Source: Adineta vaga | Lineage: Eukaryota; Animalia; Rotifera | Reading direction: 5' to 3' | Assembly (NCBI GenBank): GCA_021613535.1 | Contig: CP075494.1 | Coordinates: forward strand, 5,208,001-5,272,000 | Length of the DNA: 64,000 nucleotides | Shown: one piece after another, positions 16,080-29,175 of the stretch | Numbering within the stretch: position 1 is the first letter of the stretch | Layout: each line of letters begins with the position of its first letter | The notes under the pieces: generated by a model | Database searches by the model: none | The model's input: the letters and a program-made list of their open reading frames with translations, nothing else | Told to the model about the DNA's origin: nothing | Translations under genes and position numbers: made by a program

Positions 16080-16740
16080 TATTAATAGTAAAGAGTTGTG
16101 GATGTATAAAGAAAAAGATCAACTGATGATATTTCTTATGGTGGTCGTGATAAAACAATTTTGAAGATAATAGTCGATATTCTTGGGTACCAAGATTTAC
16201 CCTTGAAATATTTATAAAACAATGCGGTCCTGGTCATATACGTAAACCACTTAAACAGTATGTAATTGCTAAACCTATCATTACACTTGGAGTAATGACC
16301 AGATTACAAATAGATTTAATAGATATGCGGAAAAGACCAGATATAATAAATCAAAATATTACTTATAAGTGGATTTTTGAATTGCATAGACCATTTCAGC
16401 AAATTTAGTTGAGCTTTCCTTTACAAAATAAAAGTACAAGTGAAGTTACATACAAACTACAAGAAATATTTTTTGTTTTTGGTACACCAAAAATATTGCA
16501 TAACGATAATAGCATTTTATGTGGTGCCCTTAGCAAGTGGCTGTCGGTGCACAACTGTTCACATTGGTGAGATGGTTTATTACCAGTAGTTTATGGCATT
16601 AATACTAGGCGTTCAGTCGTTACTAAAACGACACCATATCAAATTATGTTTGGTCAAAAACCATGTTCTGATTCAGATTTTTGGAAACTTGTTAAAGATG
16701 AAAATATTGCATTTAAATTGGCTTATCAGTATGACAAACT
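16080..16740 (+). pseudogene. Decayed rve integrase/transposase of Ginger/KRBA2-SCAND3 type
   Basis: Manual translation: GGRDKT...RYSWVPR...IFIKQC...KPII...RLQIDLIDMR...CIDHFSKFS*AFPLQNK...FGTPKILHNDN...TPYQIMFGQKP, with frameshifts, stops and deletion of the catalytic Glu segment. Confidence 0.85.
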
Positions 16741-17278
16741 GGTAAATATTTAGCTTTGTTTATGTAGGATGTTTAGAAAAAGAAAGATTTTTTTTTGAAT
16801 AAAAATAGCTATGATAGACTCATTTTTTTTATGAATTTATCTATAGTCGAAGTCCTAACTCTGCCTAGAAAAAACCAGTCAATATCAGAGTTCAGAGTTC
16901 TAATTTGCTTGAATTCCGATATTTCCTACAACATATATATATCCCCATGAACTTTCGTTTCATTTTCTGTTGAGTTATTCTTTTACAACGATGATGCATT
17001 TTGAATAAATCTTCAATAAACGTTTAATTCATCCAAGGTTTTGATCGAATCGAACGGCTTTTTCTGTAAGAACGTTGAAAGTGAACATGTCAATGAGAAA
17101 AGTGTGGAAACAATCGTTCCACATACAATGTACATCTTTTTTGAATAATCATAAATCCCTTACCACATAATTGATGTGAAGTAAGTTCGGACGTACTAAA
17201 ACAATAAAATTATTGTTTTAATTGATGAATTTATTTGAGAAAGCATCCAATAAATGATAGGAGAATTGTCTCAGAAAG

Positions 17279-17308
17279 TATCATATCATATCATATCATA
17301 TCATATCA
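17279..17308. repeat. (TATCA)6 microsatellite
   Basis: Read directly. Confidence 0.85.
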
Positions 17309-17543
17309 TTAGAAAATTTCTAGTTAGTCATGAGTGTCTTTCTTGTCAAGTATTCTATATCCTTAAAAAACCAGATCGAATCTATGCAATAAAATTTAAG
17401 AAAGATTCTTTTTCTTTCTTTTAGATGAAAAAAAAGATTTTGACTGCTAAATTATGAAAGCCAAGAAAATGAAATCAATGACAACAACAACAATATTGAT
17501 TATATCAAATTATCTTCCTAAAATTCGTGTTTTACAATTTACT

Positions 17544-17689
17544 CAGGACAATGCTTCCGGAAGCAGTATTCCACTAATTTCCGGAGAAAACCTGCAGGAA
17601 ACCTCTCATTTTCCGGCAGGTTCCGTTCAGTTCCAGGTGAAACTTGGTAAATCTAGTCATCGGATCCGTTTCGGATTCTTCGACCTAGG
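17544..17689 (+). repeat. GC-richer short dispersed repeat (MITE-like), copy 2
   Basis: Begins CAGGACAATGCTTCCGGAAGCAGTATTC, has internal AACCTGCAGGAAA, ends GGATTCTTCGACCTAGG. Confidence 0.6.
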
Positions 17690-18892
17690 TACTTTATGCA
17701 CAGAGAGTAGTCATCAGCAGCTATCTTCTCTAATATTTGTTGTATTGTAGAGAAATTAATCTCCCAATGTCGGTTTTCATTTTGTTCAATTGTTGTTAAA
17801 TTGATTTTCATTTCTGCACGGCAAACGTCACCAAATGATGTTTTGCATATGAGTTCGAGAATGCCTTTTTTTGACTGACAGTCATATTCAAGATCACATT
17901 ATGATGCTGGTATAACACTATTCTCGTCGAAATTTTCTGCAAATAGGAAAAAAAAATGTACGTGAAGTAATTATTTTCGAAATGCAAAAGGAATTGTTTT
18001 TAAATATCTCATTGTACTATTTCATATTAGAAATCTCATCTCTGCTCTATGATAATATCAAAAGAGATGATTCAAAAAGTATGTTAACTATTACAAAAAG
18101 ATTAATTAAACTTTAATTAACTAATTCTTCTTCTTCTTCGTTCATCACCAAATATGTATATCTATTATGAACTTTTGTATTATCTTTTATTTGATTAACT
18201 AGGTATAATTCTGTTGTTGCATCATGTTCATCTTGTTCAACTTCTATTAATAATGAACGACCAGTCTGAATTTCTATAAGAACAACAGATACTAAATCAT
18301 ATTTTATATTTATTAATTTCAACAAATTCTTTTAGTTAATCATTAAAATATGAGATAGATTCTTCTGAAATTTGAAAAGATATTCGATGAATAATACTCA
18401 TGAAATAAAATGGAGTACAACAAAAGCTCTCATATTGCATATCTATTCGCAATCTGATGTAGCAATTTCTAATGGAACTGCATCTGCATATGAGAGATAT
18501 AACTCTATGATAAATATTTTTCAAAAATTTGAAGAACGTTTCATACAAAAATGTTTCGTTACAGTTTTTTACCACGGAAAGAAGGACCGTATTGATGGTG
18601 ATTGGTATTGACGTGATCTGATGAATTTGATATCTATACAGGATCAAAAGATTTAGCTGATTCTTATTTGTTATTTATTAATTAACAAAATTCGTGCTAT
18701 TACAACAATAATTTGAAAATATGATATTGTACGTAAAAGGAGATGAACTTTAATTTATTTAAACGAAAATTTTGCTTGCCGAACAGTGAATGTTTTCTTT
18801 TGACGTAGGATATAGAAAAGATACGACTCGATCCGACTAAACGAGATAACATTTGAAACGATTTTTTGATTGTTTCTTTTCTAAATTATCAA

Positions 18893-19522
18893 TTCCCTTT
18901 TCTGAAAAAAAGGGTTATAGGCTCCCTAAATAGGGTCGTTGAAATGCTTAAAGTTTGTTTGTTTGTCCAAGTCAACCAGGTAAAAGCAGCCTATAAATCG
19001 ATGAAAACTTACTAATGATCATCACAAAATAATTCACCCGAAGGTAGTCGAAGTCGAGTATCTCGAGTCTGATGTTAGTTTTTCCCAATTCGAATTAGTT
19101 AATTAATTAATTAGCTAATCTCTTACATAACACTCATATGATTGAAAGGAAACGAGAAAATAGACCCTGCGCGTTAGTGACTAGTTGCGACTGGAGGAAG
19201 GTCGACGAGTGATTAGACGTTTTTTTAAGAGCTTTATAAGAAGGAAAATAAGTATGAGTAATGCATTTTTGAGAAGTATCAAACGATCGGGTTCATGAAT
19301 ATTTATAAACATTACTTGTTTCTGTTTTTCTCTTTTAGTAAATGATCTAATGATACTTTGAAATGGTGAAAAGATGGAAAACACTTTTTAAAAGGTTTTA
19401 TGTATAAAGTTTGTTTGGACCGGGATCCGGTCAAGTCCAAATCCAGCTTGCGGGTGTTACTGAGCACTGTTATCATTCTTTCAGAAAAGGGTCAGTGAAT
19501 CCAGAGGATGAGTGTTACTAGT
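18893..19522 (+). mobile_element. Non-autonomous Helentron-type (HINE/DINE-1-like) element
   Basis: 13-bp subterminal inverted repeats CCCTTTTCTGAAA (18895-18907) and TTTCAGAAAAGGG (19479-19491), internal IR TATAGGCT/AGCCTATA around a (GTTT)n tract, and a 3' imperfect hairpin followed by TTACTAGT. Confidence 0.65.
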
Positions 19523-19915
19523 CAAGTATCTTACTTATTCATAATACTCTTGAGACATAAAGGATAACTTGACTTCTCATTTTTAATTCATCTTTCTTTT
19601 AATATATATATAAAATTTTAATAAAACGCTCATTAAAAATCAAAATATTGCTTGTAGTTAAGTAATTTGTCTCTACTGACACACCTTGTGCTTTCGTTTC
19701 ATAATAATGTTTGAACACGCAACAACTACGTCATAAATGCTAGATAATTATGATTAACTGATCTCTTCACTCAAAAAGATAACCATTTCTAATGATTGTG
19801 TGAGAGGATTCTAAATGCCATAAATATACGTTTTCCTCTCATCTATTCTCTCTCAGTTCTGATACACTTTACCATAAAGAATCATTTTCCGTTTTACATA
19901 AATTTCAACAACGCA

Positions 19916-20881
19916 ATGTCGGTTACAAATCTTGTATCAGTTCAACAAGATATGATTCGATATGGAATGACTATCTATTATGGATTAGGTATCGTTGGTA
20001 ATTTTTTTAATTGTATTATGTTTACTCGACCAACTTACCGTCATACTCCAAGCTCGATCTATTTTCTTTTTCTTTCTATTTTCGCTGTTATTTATTTAAC
20101 TTGGGCTATGATTCCACTTTTTCATTCACTTAACAATATCGATCCTCAAATTCAATTCTTATTCTATTGTAAAATCCGACTCTATTTCGGTCATATTCTT
20201 GGTCAATGTATTCGATTTGTTGTAGTGTTTGCTTGTATCGATCGATATATTGTAACACAAACAAATGTTCATATTCGTTCATTAAGTTCTGTTTCGATGG
20301 CATTGAAAAATGTTTTCTTTGCTTTTCTAGTACTTTGTATTATTGCTATCCATATGCCAATTTTAATGGATATTAGAAATGGAATTTGTGGAATGTTTGG
20401 TTTGTATAAATTGATTTATGCAATTTATCAAATATCATTAGTCGGTATTTTACCTCCGACATTAATGATCGTGTTTAGTATTTTAACTATGCGTAGTCTT
20501 CAACAGCGTCATGGTCGCCGAATACGTGCGAGACAACGGGATCGATACTTAATGCGAATGTTAACTGCTGAAGTTTTAGTCAATATCTTTACATCCATTC
20601 CTTATTCAGTGAATCTTGTTTATGGAGCAATAACGTATTATATCACAGATAAGAGTGTTGTACAACAAGAGATCGAAGCATTTATTAGCTTTGTTACACA
20701 ATTTCTTGGATATCTAATTAGTGTTGCTCCTTTTTATTTATTTATTTCAATATCAAAACCATTTCGAAATGAATTTATTAATCTAATGTTCAAATGTATA
20801 CATCAACGTACACGAAGACATCTTCGAGTTGTTCCAACAATTGAACAACCACAACAACAACAACACACCATGACTCATTAA
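19916..20881 (+). CDS. Orphan class A-like GPCR, single exon
   Basis: Seven hydrophobic segments; GIVGNFFN (TM1), FYCKIRLY, ACIDRY (DRY), TM7 APFYLFISISKPFRNEF. Confidence 0.85.
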   Translation: MSVTNLVSVQQDMIRYGMTIYYGLGIVGNFFNCIMFTRPTYRHTPSSIYFLFLSIFAVIYLTWAMIPLFHSLNNIDPQIQFLFYCKIRLYFGHILGQCIRFVVVFACIDRYIVTQTNVHIRSLSSVSMALKNVFFAFLVLCIIAIHMPILMDIRNGICGMFGLYKLIYAIYQISLVGILPPTLMIVFSILTMRSLQQRHGRRIRARQRDRYLMRMLTAEVLVNIFTSIPYSVNLVYGAITYYITDKSVVQQEIEAFISFVTQFLGYLISVAPFYLFISISKPFRNEFINLMFKCIHQRTRRHLRVVPTIEQPQQQQHTMTH

Positions 20882-21472
20882 TTTATATTTGAACGATTTG
20901 ATTAAGTGATATGGTTAAAAATTTCAATAATAAGGAAGAAAAAACTATTTCGCATCATCAATATATCGTTGAACCTATGTTTTTCGTGATGGCAAAATTT
21001 TCTTTTTGTTTAGCTCAATAGATCGTTTAATTTATAGAAATTTCACAGAAGAAGTTGTGTTATGGTAACTACTCATATAATACAGAATCTATTAAATGTG
21101 TTCATTAATCAATCGAATAAAAATAAGCACATATTCTTAACTAATTTTAATTGTTCGACCTTTTAATAGCAGATTTAGTTTGTCCACCATGTGTATAATT
21201 CCACTGATAACACCGATCACCTTTTTTTTATTACATTTTATTTTGCCACGATTTTCTTCCTTCCTTGAGAATACTTGAGAATATACTCAGACTATTTATA
21301 AAAATTCCTAGCGTGTCATTCTTGATGAACAAAGAATAGCGCATGTGTTATAAACGATGTCGCTTTTGAAAATCAAACATTAACGATTCTATTTTGTGTG
21401 AGTAAACAAAAGCGAACTGCAATTTAATATAAAACATTCATTGCAATACAATACAAGAACAGAAAATTATAA

Positions 21473-23023
21473 TTAATCAAAATCAGGTTCATTTAGAAGA
21501 AAATCTGCTTTTTCATCATTTGCTTCTTCTTTTTCTCGTACTTTTGATTGCATTAATGTATGTTCTAGGACAGCAATTCGAACATCGACACGAACGATAT
21601 CACGATTTAATTCTTCAATGGCTTTTTTAATTTTAACCAATGGACCTAAATGTTTCGAAATAGATATAAGATAGAATAAAAAACGAAATGAACAAACCTC
21701 CATCCGTAACATTCTGTCCTGTTTCTTCCATTTCTTCTTTGATCCGTTGTAATTCTGCTGAAATTTGAGCTAATTGTTGAGATTTTTCTGTAATACCAGT
21801 TGAACATTGTCGATACTGTTGTTTTGCTAATGCTAATGTATCTTGTTGTTGATGAAATTCATGAACATGATCATTTAATTGAGAATTAATATATTGTTCA
21901 CGTGTGGTTATTTTTTCTAATGATTTAGCAATATCTGTATGAAAACGTGTTAACATTTGTTCAGCATCTTTCAATGAACTAGCAATTTGTGTTTTATATG
22001 TTAAACGTTGTTCTTGACGTGCACGCCAATCTTTATTTTCTGCTTTAAATGTTACTTTTAATTGCGGAAGAATTCGTTCTACTTCAAGTTTCCATTCTGT
22101 AGCATCTGTTGTTGATTCCATAATCAATTCAGGACGTATTTCAGGTTCAGACATAGCAGCAGCGCCAACGGAATTCGATTTTAAACCTAATTTCGTTAGT
22201 GCTTCCATATTTAATATTGTTTCATCTTCTTCATATTCATCTGGATCATTATCCTAAAACAAAACCATCGAAATAGTTCGCAATTTCTATTCAAATTCAA
22301 GGAAAAACCGAATACTTTATTAAACATTTCTTCATCGATTTTATTCACATCAATTTCATTGTCATCATCTCTTCCACCTGCATCATCCGTATCAGGTAAT
22401 TCATCAGGTTTTTCCGGCCTAAAATTATATCATATATATATATCATCATAAAATCAATTGAATCGACTAACGATCGCCATGTAAAACTATTCTTTTTCAA
22501 TGCATCATCTGCAAGTCTATTGAGAATATAAACAATTGATTCACCAGATCCAGCTCGAAGTTTATTCGCACTAACAGCTACATCATGACCCTTCAAAAAA
22601 CAAAAGTCCATTTTTTTTCTTCATTGAAAAAGTTTGACATACTAATTTTTTAAATTGTGCAATAATATTTGCTAGAAGTACGCTTTGATCATCATCCTAA
22701 ATGAAGCAAACTATGAGTTAAAAAAAACAAATTCAATCTTATCTAACCTCGCTTGGTTTATCGAATTTCACACCACCTTTTTGAAATAACCATGCTGATA
22801 ATGCAATAAATGCATGTAATTGATCACCTGCATTGGTTGGTACAGCAAAATGAATACGTGAAATTGGTTTCATACGCCATTTAACAACATATTCATCGTC
22901 ATAATTAAGTAGTTTTAACTTATTATGTAAATTCGCCATATCAACAAAAACTTGAAAACCTGCACCAGGACTGACATCAGGCACATCAGTGGCAGCAGCT
23001 CCTTTCCCTCCTTCATCACCCAT
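21473..23023 (-). CDS. IFT57: Intraflagellar transport protein 57 (Hippi), multi-exon
   Basis: KLKLLNYD, PISRIHFAVPTNAGDQ, NKLRAGSGE, EWKLEVERILPQLKV, KDWR, LEKITTREQYINSQL, TDG-PLVKIKKAI, RIAVLEHTL. Confidence 0.93.
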
Positions 23024-23361
23024 TTGATACAAGTTAAATCACGTAAAAGAAAAGAATTCTTCTCTGACCATCCATTGCTTCAAACAGTTCACTAGTGAAC
23101 AACCTCTTCCAACATCATCTGATTGACTAGAACGACATCTACACAGATGTTATTGAAATTTTTTTTTCTTGAATAAATCTCCCAAGGAATCTTTTGAAAA
23201 ATAATTTATTTTAGTTATAAAACGTTTTTCGAAAATGATTTTTTTACAAACCAATCAATGAATATTTATATAAGAGAAAACCAGCTGTTGTTTATTTATT
23301 GTGCTTGTAACTTCATTCTTATTTTGATTTGCTTTGTGAAAGTATTTGCTCAGCACCAGAA

Positions 23362-23953
23362 ATGACATTAAGTGAATTAGAAGAAGAAGCAAAAAAACGT
23401 AAGGAACGTTTGGCACAATGGAAACTCAAAAAACAAAACCAAACTAGCAAACGGAAAGAATTTGAGGATGATGATGAAACTGAGGAAAAAGATGTATCTG
23501 AAGAAACAATTCAGTTTCCTAAACCAATCTTTCGTAATTACAAACCCAATGATTCAGGTCCATTATCCGGTGCAATTGTTCTACCTAAACCAAAATTAAT
23601 CGATGTGAAATCAATTGTAAGTCATGAGAAAAAAAGAATTTTCCATTTACTAAAAATAACTTTCGTTAAATATGATTTAGATTGACGATCAAACAAAAAC
23701 AACGAATTCAAATGAAAAATCTGTTAATGATGTTGCTGAAGACGTTGATTTATTATCATTAGCACCACGTAAACCTGATTGGGATTTAAAACGTGATGTC
23801 GAAAAGAAATTAAAACGTTTAGAAAAACGAACAGCACGTGCAATTGCAGAATTAACTCGTGAACGTTTATTAAAAGAACAAAAAGAATCTTTAGCTGAAG
23901 TTGTTGCAACAACTTCGAAATTAAATGAAGCAGCACAAGATGATGATGATTAA
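23362..23953 (+). CDS. CCDC12: Coiled-coil domain-containing protein 12 (cwf18 splicing factor), 2 exons
   Basis: LEEEAKKRKERL, FRNYKP; second exon DLLSLAPRKPDWDLKRDVEKKLKRLEKRTARAIAEL. Confidence 0.92.
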
Positions 23954-24165
23954 AAAACAAATAAAATCTCTTCTGTTAAAATATTCTCTTTCTTTTTTTT
24001 TGTCTTTGTTATATAAAATAAAATCAAAACGGAAACAATTGTAAGTTTCTCTTTTGTTTATTTCAGATAATGGTCAACTTATCAGTTTTTCTTTGGAAAC
24101 AATTTATCTCTTTAGGAATGTCATCCGTGACATTTTAGTTTTTTATTGAAGTATTTGCAAATTCC

Positions 24166-27100
24166 ATGCGTTGTTCGACAGCTTTGCCGAGCAATACGAG
24201 GAGTATTTCATCTATTGAACAACCAATTATTCATCAATCAACAATCAACACTACCAAACTGGAGTATTTTACTGATTGGTTTACGGGGTATGTTTAATCT
24301 TTCATCTTTGCTTGAAATTCTTAGAAATCGTTTCTCTTTTGAATGCCAACTGACATAGATATATTCTTCGTGTAATATATATCCTGGTGAGAATAGATGA
24401 TCGTTCAGGGTGAAACTAACCTTCTCATCTGTATATCCTAAGATGAGATATATATGTAATATTTGTTTTTTCTCGTTGTCAAAGAGTTCTTACTATTCAT
24501 ATGATTGATCATGCTAATTCTATTTCTTCTGCCTTTTATAACCTTGTTTATTTTCCATTTGTTTTCATAAGGCGTGTCTATCTGTCTTTTCAAGAGAAGG
24601 TCAGCGATCAGCTACTATATTATCTTATCAATTAACCTATCATACAGTCAATCGTATTGGAAAAAAATCTCTCATTGAAACTTCAAAATGTAAACGAGTT
24701 TAAGAACGATTGGATATTAATCGGACAGGAGAAGGAGGAAGAAAAAGCTCGCTTTTTGAATGTTGTGTAATAAGAAGAGCATTGACCGTGAATATGACAG
24801 TTCGAATAGGGGCTATTCGGTTAAATCCGACTTGTGCGGATCAATATGTCACTATCGAGAGAATAGTGGCGTGATCGTGTTATGTTTGTTTTGGTTGATT
24901 CTCTCGGTTTTTTTTTCTCCGTTGTTGTAACGTCGTCATTTCCTCTCGTTCTTCTTCTCACTTAAAGAGAAGCGCGTGCGAGGTATAATAAAAAAAAAAG
25001 AAAGCGATGAAGAAACAAATGTCCACGGAATGAACGCATGCTGATGACAATATTTTACTAAATCATGGGTATTCTCAGTTTGTCATTCATATTTACTTCT
25101 GCTTCATCTAATACGTAAGTTGATATTTTTAAAATTCAATAATGTATAAGTATTTTTCATTTGATTACATGTGATTCATCGAGAAAATTTCTCTTATGTT
25201 TCTTTCGATATAAAAATCTAATCAGTTCGATGTTTCTCATTTCAAACCATAATCTAATATTGATATGAATGTAAGATGCAGAAGAAACGACTAGTTGTTT
25301 TTTTTTTCGCTTGATAGAAACTTTCTTAAAAGAAAGAATCGAATGATAATATTCGTTGTTGCTCAATCCTTTTGTGTACTTAGCATGTCCACAAATAGAT
25401 GAAGAAAAAGAGCAGACGACTAAGCTATCGAGTAAGAGATTACGGCAACAGAATAGTGGACGACAAATGATCAGATCGATTGACCTTCATTCATATGTCG
25501 TTTGATCATCATTCGTTATGAAATTCTAGTGGAAGAAAAGGTTTTTTTCTCTCTTTCACTCTCTCTCTCTCTAGCTATACCTGTGACAAATATAGAATGT
25601 GTTGTTGATCGAACGATAGGAATCTGAAGAGCTATGAGAAACAGAACGCGAGTAAGAAGAGAAAAAGAAAATAGCCGTATTGCCGAAATAATACCATCAT
25701 AAAAACGGAAGACGAGAGAAACGGAAGGAACCATCTAAAGACAAAATACCATCGTCTTTGCAACAATCATGTTCGTCTTTCCACTTTGGTATGTTATGGA
25801 TAAGTCTTTATTAATCATTTCAATGTTCGTTTTCTATTCATAGAAATCCTTTAAACTACTTCACGTTTTTCTATTATCCTATTTTATTAGAAACAAAGGA
25901 ATAAATTTTTCTTTATATGTTGTTCGTATTTCGTTTAAACATACATATATAATTGACTTTTAAAAAGAAAATCGAGTTACATCATCTGAATAGCAAAAAA
26001 AAGCTTTCTTTTGCCTATCATTTATCGCTCATAAATGTGAGTGTTGCTCTATTTTTCTTGTTTGAATCATTATGAATGTAACATATGAATACAAAGATGT
26101 CAGAGAACGAAAAAAAAAACTCGAAAGAGAGAAAATGAAATGTGCACCTGTATAAAAAGAAATCTTTTGCCGGCGTTTTTTTTTCTCGAGATGTTTGTGG
26201 TATACTTTCAATGTTATAATATGCAGTACTTCTCAAATGATAAGCATTTCTTCTTTGACGTAGTGAACATTTTAATATATTAAATTTTATCAAGACGAGA
26301 AGACGAAGAAGAAAAAGAAAAAGAAAGTACCATTTTTCTTTTTTTTCTCTCTCTGAAAACAGATTTTCTTTTATATATTACAATAAATTGTTAAATAATG
26401 AGCAATCTATTAAGGTAAGAATTGTTTCTTTTCGACGTCATATACGAAAGTTGCGCTATTTAATATTTACCTGTAATGAGTCAGAATATTAGTAGATAAA
26501 AAACAAGTCAGCTCTTTGTTTATTAATGTTGACTTGGTAGAAACAAAAAAAACAACGTCCATGCGTTTACGTTCGAATACGAACATAAATAAATCGGATT
26601 GGAATAATTCCACATCGAATTTTGTTGATGTTCTTCTATCAGCTTGGAGGTATGTCTATAATGAGAACGATGACGAGAAAAAAAACATATAGTTCATATA
26701 TGATTCAGAGAAAACCTTCGTCGTCTATTGTTAGTCATTAATGTAGAGACAAGGTGAAAAAGAACAAAAATGCATTGACGCATAACAAATTTTGATTTTC
26801 TTCGACGTTTTTCACTTGTTTTTTATTGATATTTTCAAAGACAAGAATACGAATATGGTCATAATAATTAGTCGAGAAACTATCCGTTATAGACTTCGAC
26901 ATACTCTACATTTATCATGTCCGAGTGCATTAAGAAAATTTTCGAATTATCGACATACGTAAGTGAATTTCCGTTTGATTCCTGTTAGAATGTAGAAGGA
27001 AAAAAAACAAATGGAAGAAGTTGAAAGGAATTTTTTTCAAGTAGTTTTGAACGATAATCGATCAATAATAAATATTGAGAAATCGAGAAAAAAAAGGGGA

Positions 27101-28393
27101 AGTGAATGATGCGCATAAAGCAATGGTCCGTGACTCGTTTGCACAGTTTTTTTCATGCAGATGAAATAATCGATGCGTGCTCTTTCTCTACATTTAGGCT
27201 CCATTTTTGCGTAAATATTTTTAAGATTGAAATTTTTTTGAACTTTTTTCATTTGTTTTTTGTTTTGTTTTCAGGAAACAACGTCGAAAACAAGACGGAC
27301 CTGTTCAACCAGGCAAGGAATCATCTCCACCTCCGAATGGTCCTCCAAATCCTGGTTTAATTAATACGTCTGAAAACTACAATCCATCATCCACATCATC
27401 ATTATCTTCATCATCATCAGTCCCAACTGTATCTTCAAATCCATCACATTCTATAACTTCGTCAAGTAATCATGGTTTAATTTATCTTCAACCTGAATAT
27501 GCTGTTTTTACACGATCACTTGCGGAATGTAATATTCATGAATTAATTCGTCAACCCGTAGGTGTTGATAAAAATGAATGGATAGCTAATAATAGTTCGT
27601 ATTTCATTTGTTTTTTGAAAAGACAAAATGAAATAATTATCGTTTTTTTTCTGTATTATAGTCGTAGCTTTTTACAATCATGTCAACGCTTTAAATAATG
27701 CTATGTGTGATTTTTGTACACCAACAACATGTCCAGTAATGACCGGTCCTCAGAACAGGTTTGTTAGGATTTACTTTTTTTTTCTTAAAAATTAATATAA
27801 GACTGCTTCTTTTTTTCTAGTTCATATTTATGGGTCGATGAAAGAAATAAGAAAGTGAAATATTCTGCATCCCAATATATTGACCTTTCAATGATGTTTA
27901 TACAAAAGACTCTTTCAGACGAAACTATATTTCCTACTAGACTCGGTAAATCAATTAATTCTTTTCTTTCTTGAAAGAAAAAAACCACAACAAAACAATT
28001 AATTCATTTCTAGATCAACAATTCCCACTATATTTTGATTCACTTGTACGTAAAATGGTTCGATTACTATTTCATGCTGTTGCACATTTATATGCTGTTC
28101 ATTATCGTCATCTAATTGAATTACAACTACATCCACATTTGAACAGTTTATTTCTTCATTTTATATTTTTTTTAATCACATCGAATATAATCTCGTCTGA
28201 TTGCCCATCTGTACATAAGGATCCTAATGGACCACCTTCATCGTCATTGACAGCACCCGGTCAAACAGATGCACGTGAACTTCGAACAGAATTAGAAACG
28301 TTAGATCCATTGTATCAATTACTGGCAAATCAATGGCGACATGCTTATGGACAAGCATTTGCACAAAAGAAAAAAGCAGCAAACAACGAATGA
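24166..28393 (+). CDS. MOB2: MOB kinase activator 2 with multiple alternative first exons; common exons start at 27275
   Basis: PVGVDKNEWIANN, CDFCTPTTCPVMTGP, YLWVDERNKKVKYSASQYID, DETIFPT, VRKMVRLLFHAVAHLYAVH, LHPHLNSLFLHF. The first exon 24166-24287 ends DWFTG and joins KQRRK. Confidence 0.88.
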
Positions 28394-29175
28394 AATTTTG
28401 AAATTCATTTGTCAATAACGGAGAAGAACATAATACTTAATTTATACATATACATATATATATATAATATGATTGCTCGACTATTTCCGAGTATGATTTC
28501 TCTTTTTCTCTCCTGTTTTTTGTTCTTGTTCTTCTTCATTTTTTCTTTCCATGTCTTAGCTGCATTAAAACAGTGACAGTTTATTAAACGAAATTCATTT
28601 TGTTTCTCTCCGTATCTGTGTATCTTTTCTCTTGATGAAAACCAAAACCTAAATTCTTGACTAACGTGTCTATTTATTCTCGTTTATTTCGAAATAAGAA
28701 AAAAAAATATGACAAGAACAAAATCTTTTTGATTTGTTTGACATTTCACTTATTAAAAACAATATTACACACAGAAACGAAGATATTAAGAAATAAAACA
28801 GATGACAAGTATGGATGTTTTTCTTCTTTTTCCTCTTCTCTTTTTACTTTCTTTAATTTATTATTTCTCTAAGAATGTTTATCGTCAACAAATCGATGAT
28901 AAGATAAATATTGTCACCTGTACAACTTTCTTTTCTATTTGACGTCATTGTTGTAATCGAATAAATGTTATTCAATCTGGATGATTTATTCCAAACAAAG
29001 AGATCAAACACAATTGTTGGAACATTCCTCTTCTTTTTCTTCTTTTTCGAAATCTGATATTCATTACATCAAAAGAATTATCTCTCATTCAGTCACGTAC
29101 ATACAATGATAAGCATAACATTTTCCTCCATATGTCAGGACAAAAAACACACACACATACAGACATTTATGTGCA

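Noticed and set aside
17760-18750. Patchy coding-like remnants (SCSSCST, ASAYERYNS, FLPRKEGPY)
   Set aside because: Probably a decayed gene or transposon, but too fragmented to assign.
21054-21069. X-box-like half site GTTATGGTAAC
   Set aside because: Lies between the 3' ends of two convergent genes with no nearby start.
25157-27360. Several 60-90 aa F/K/L-rich ORFs in the MOB2 upstream region
   Set aside because: Low-complexity products of AT-rich intron sequence; the region is better explained by alternative first exons.
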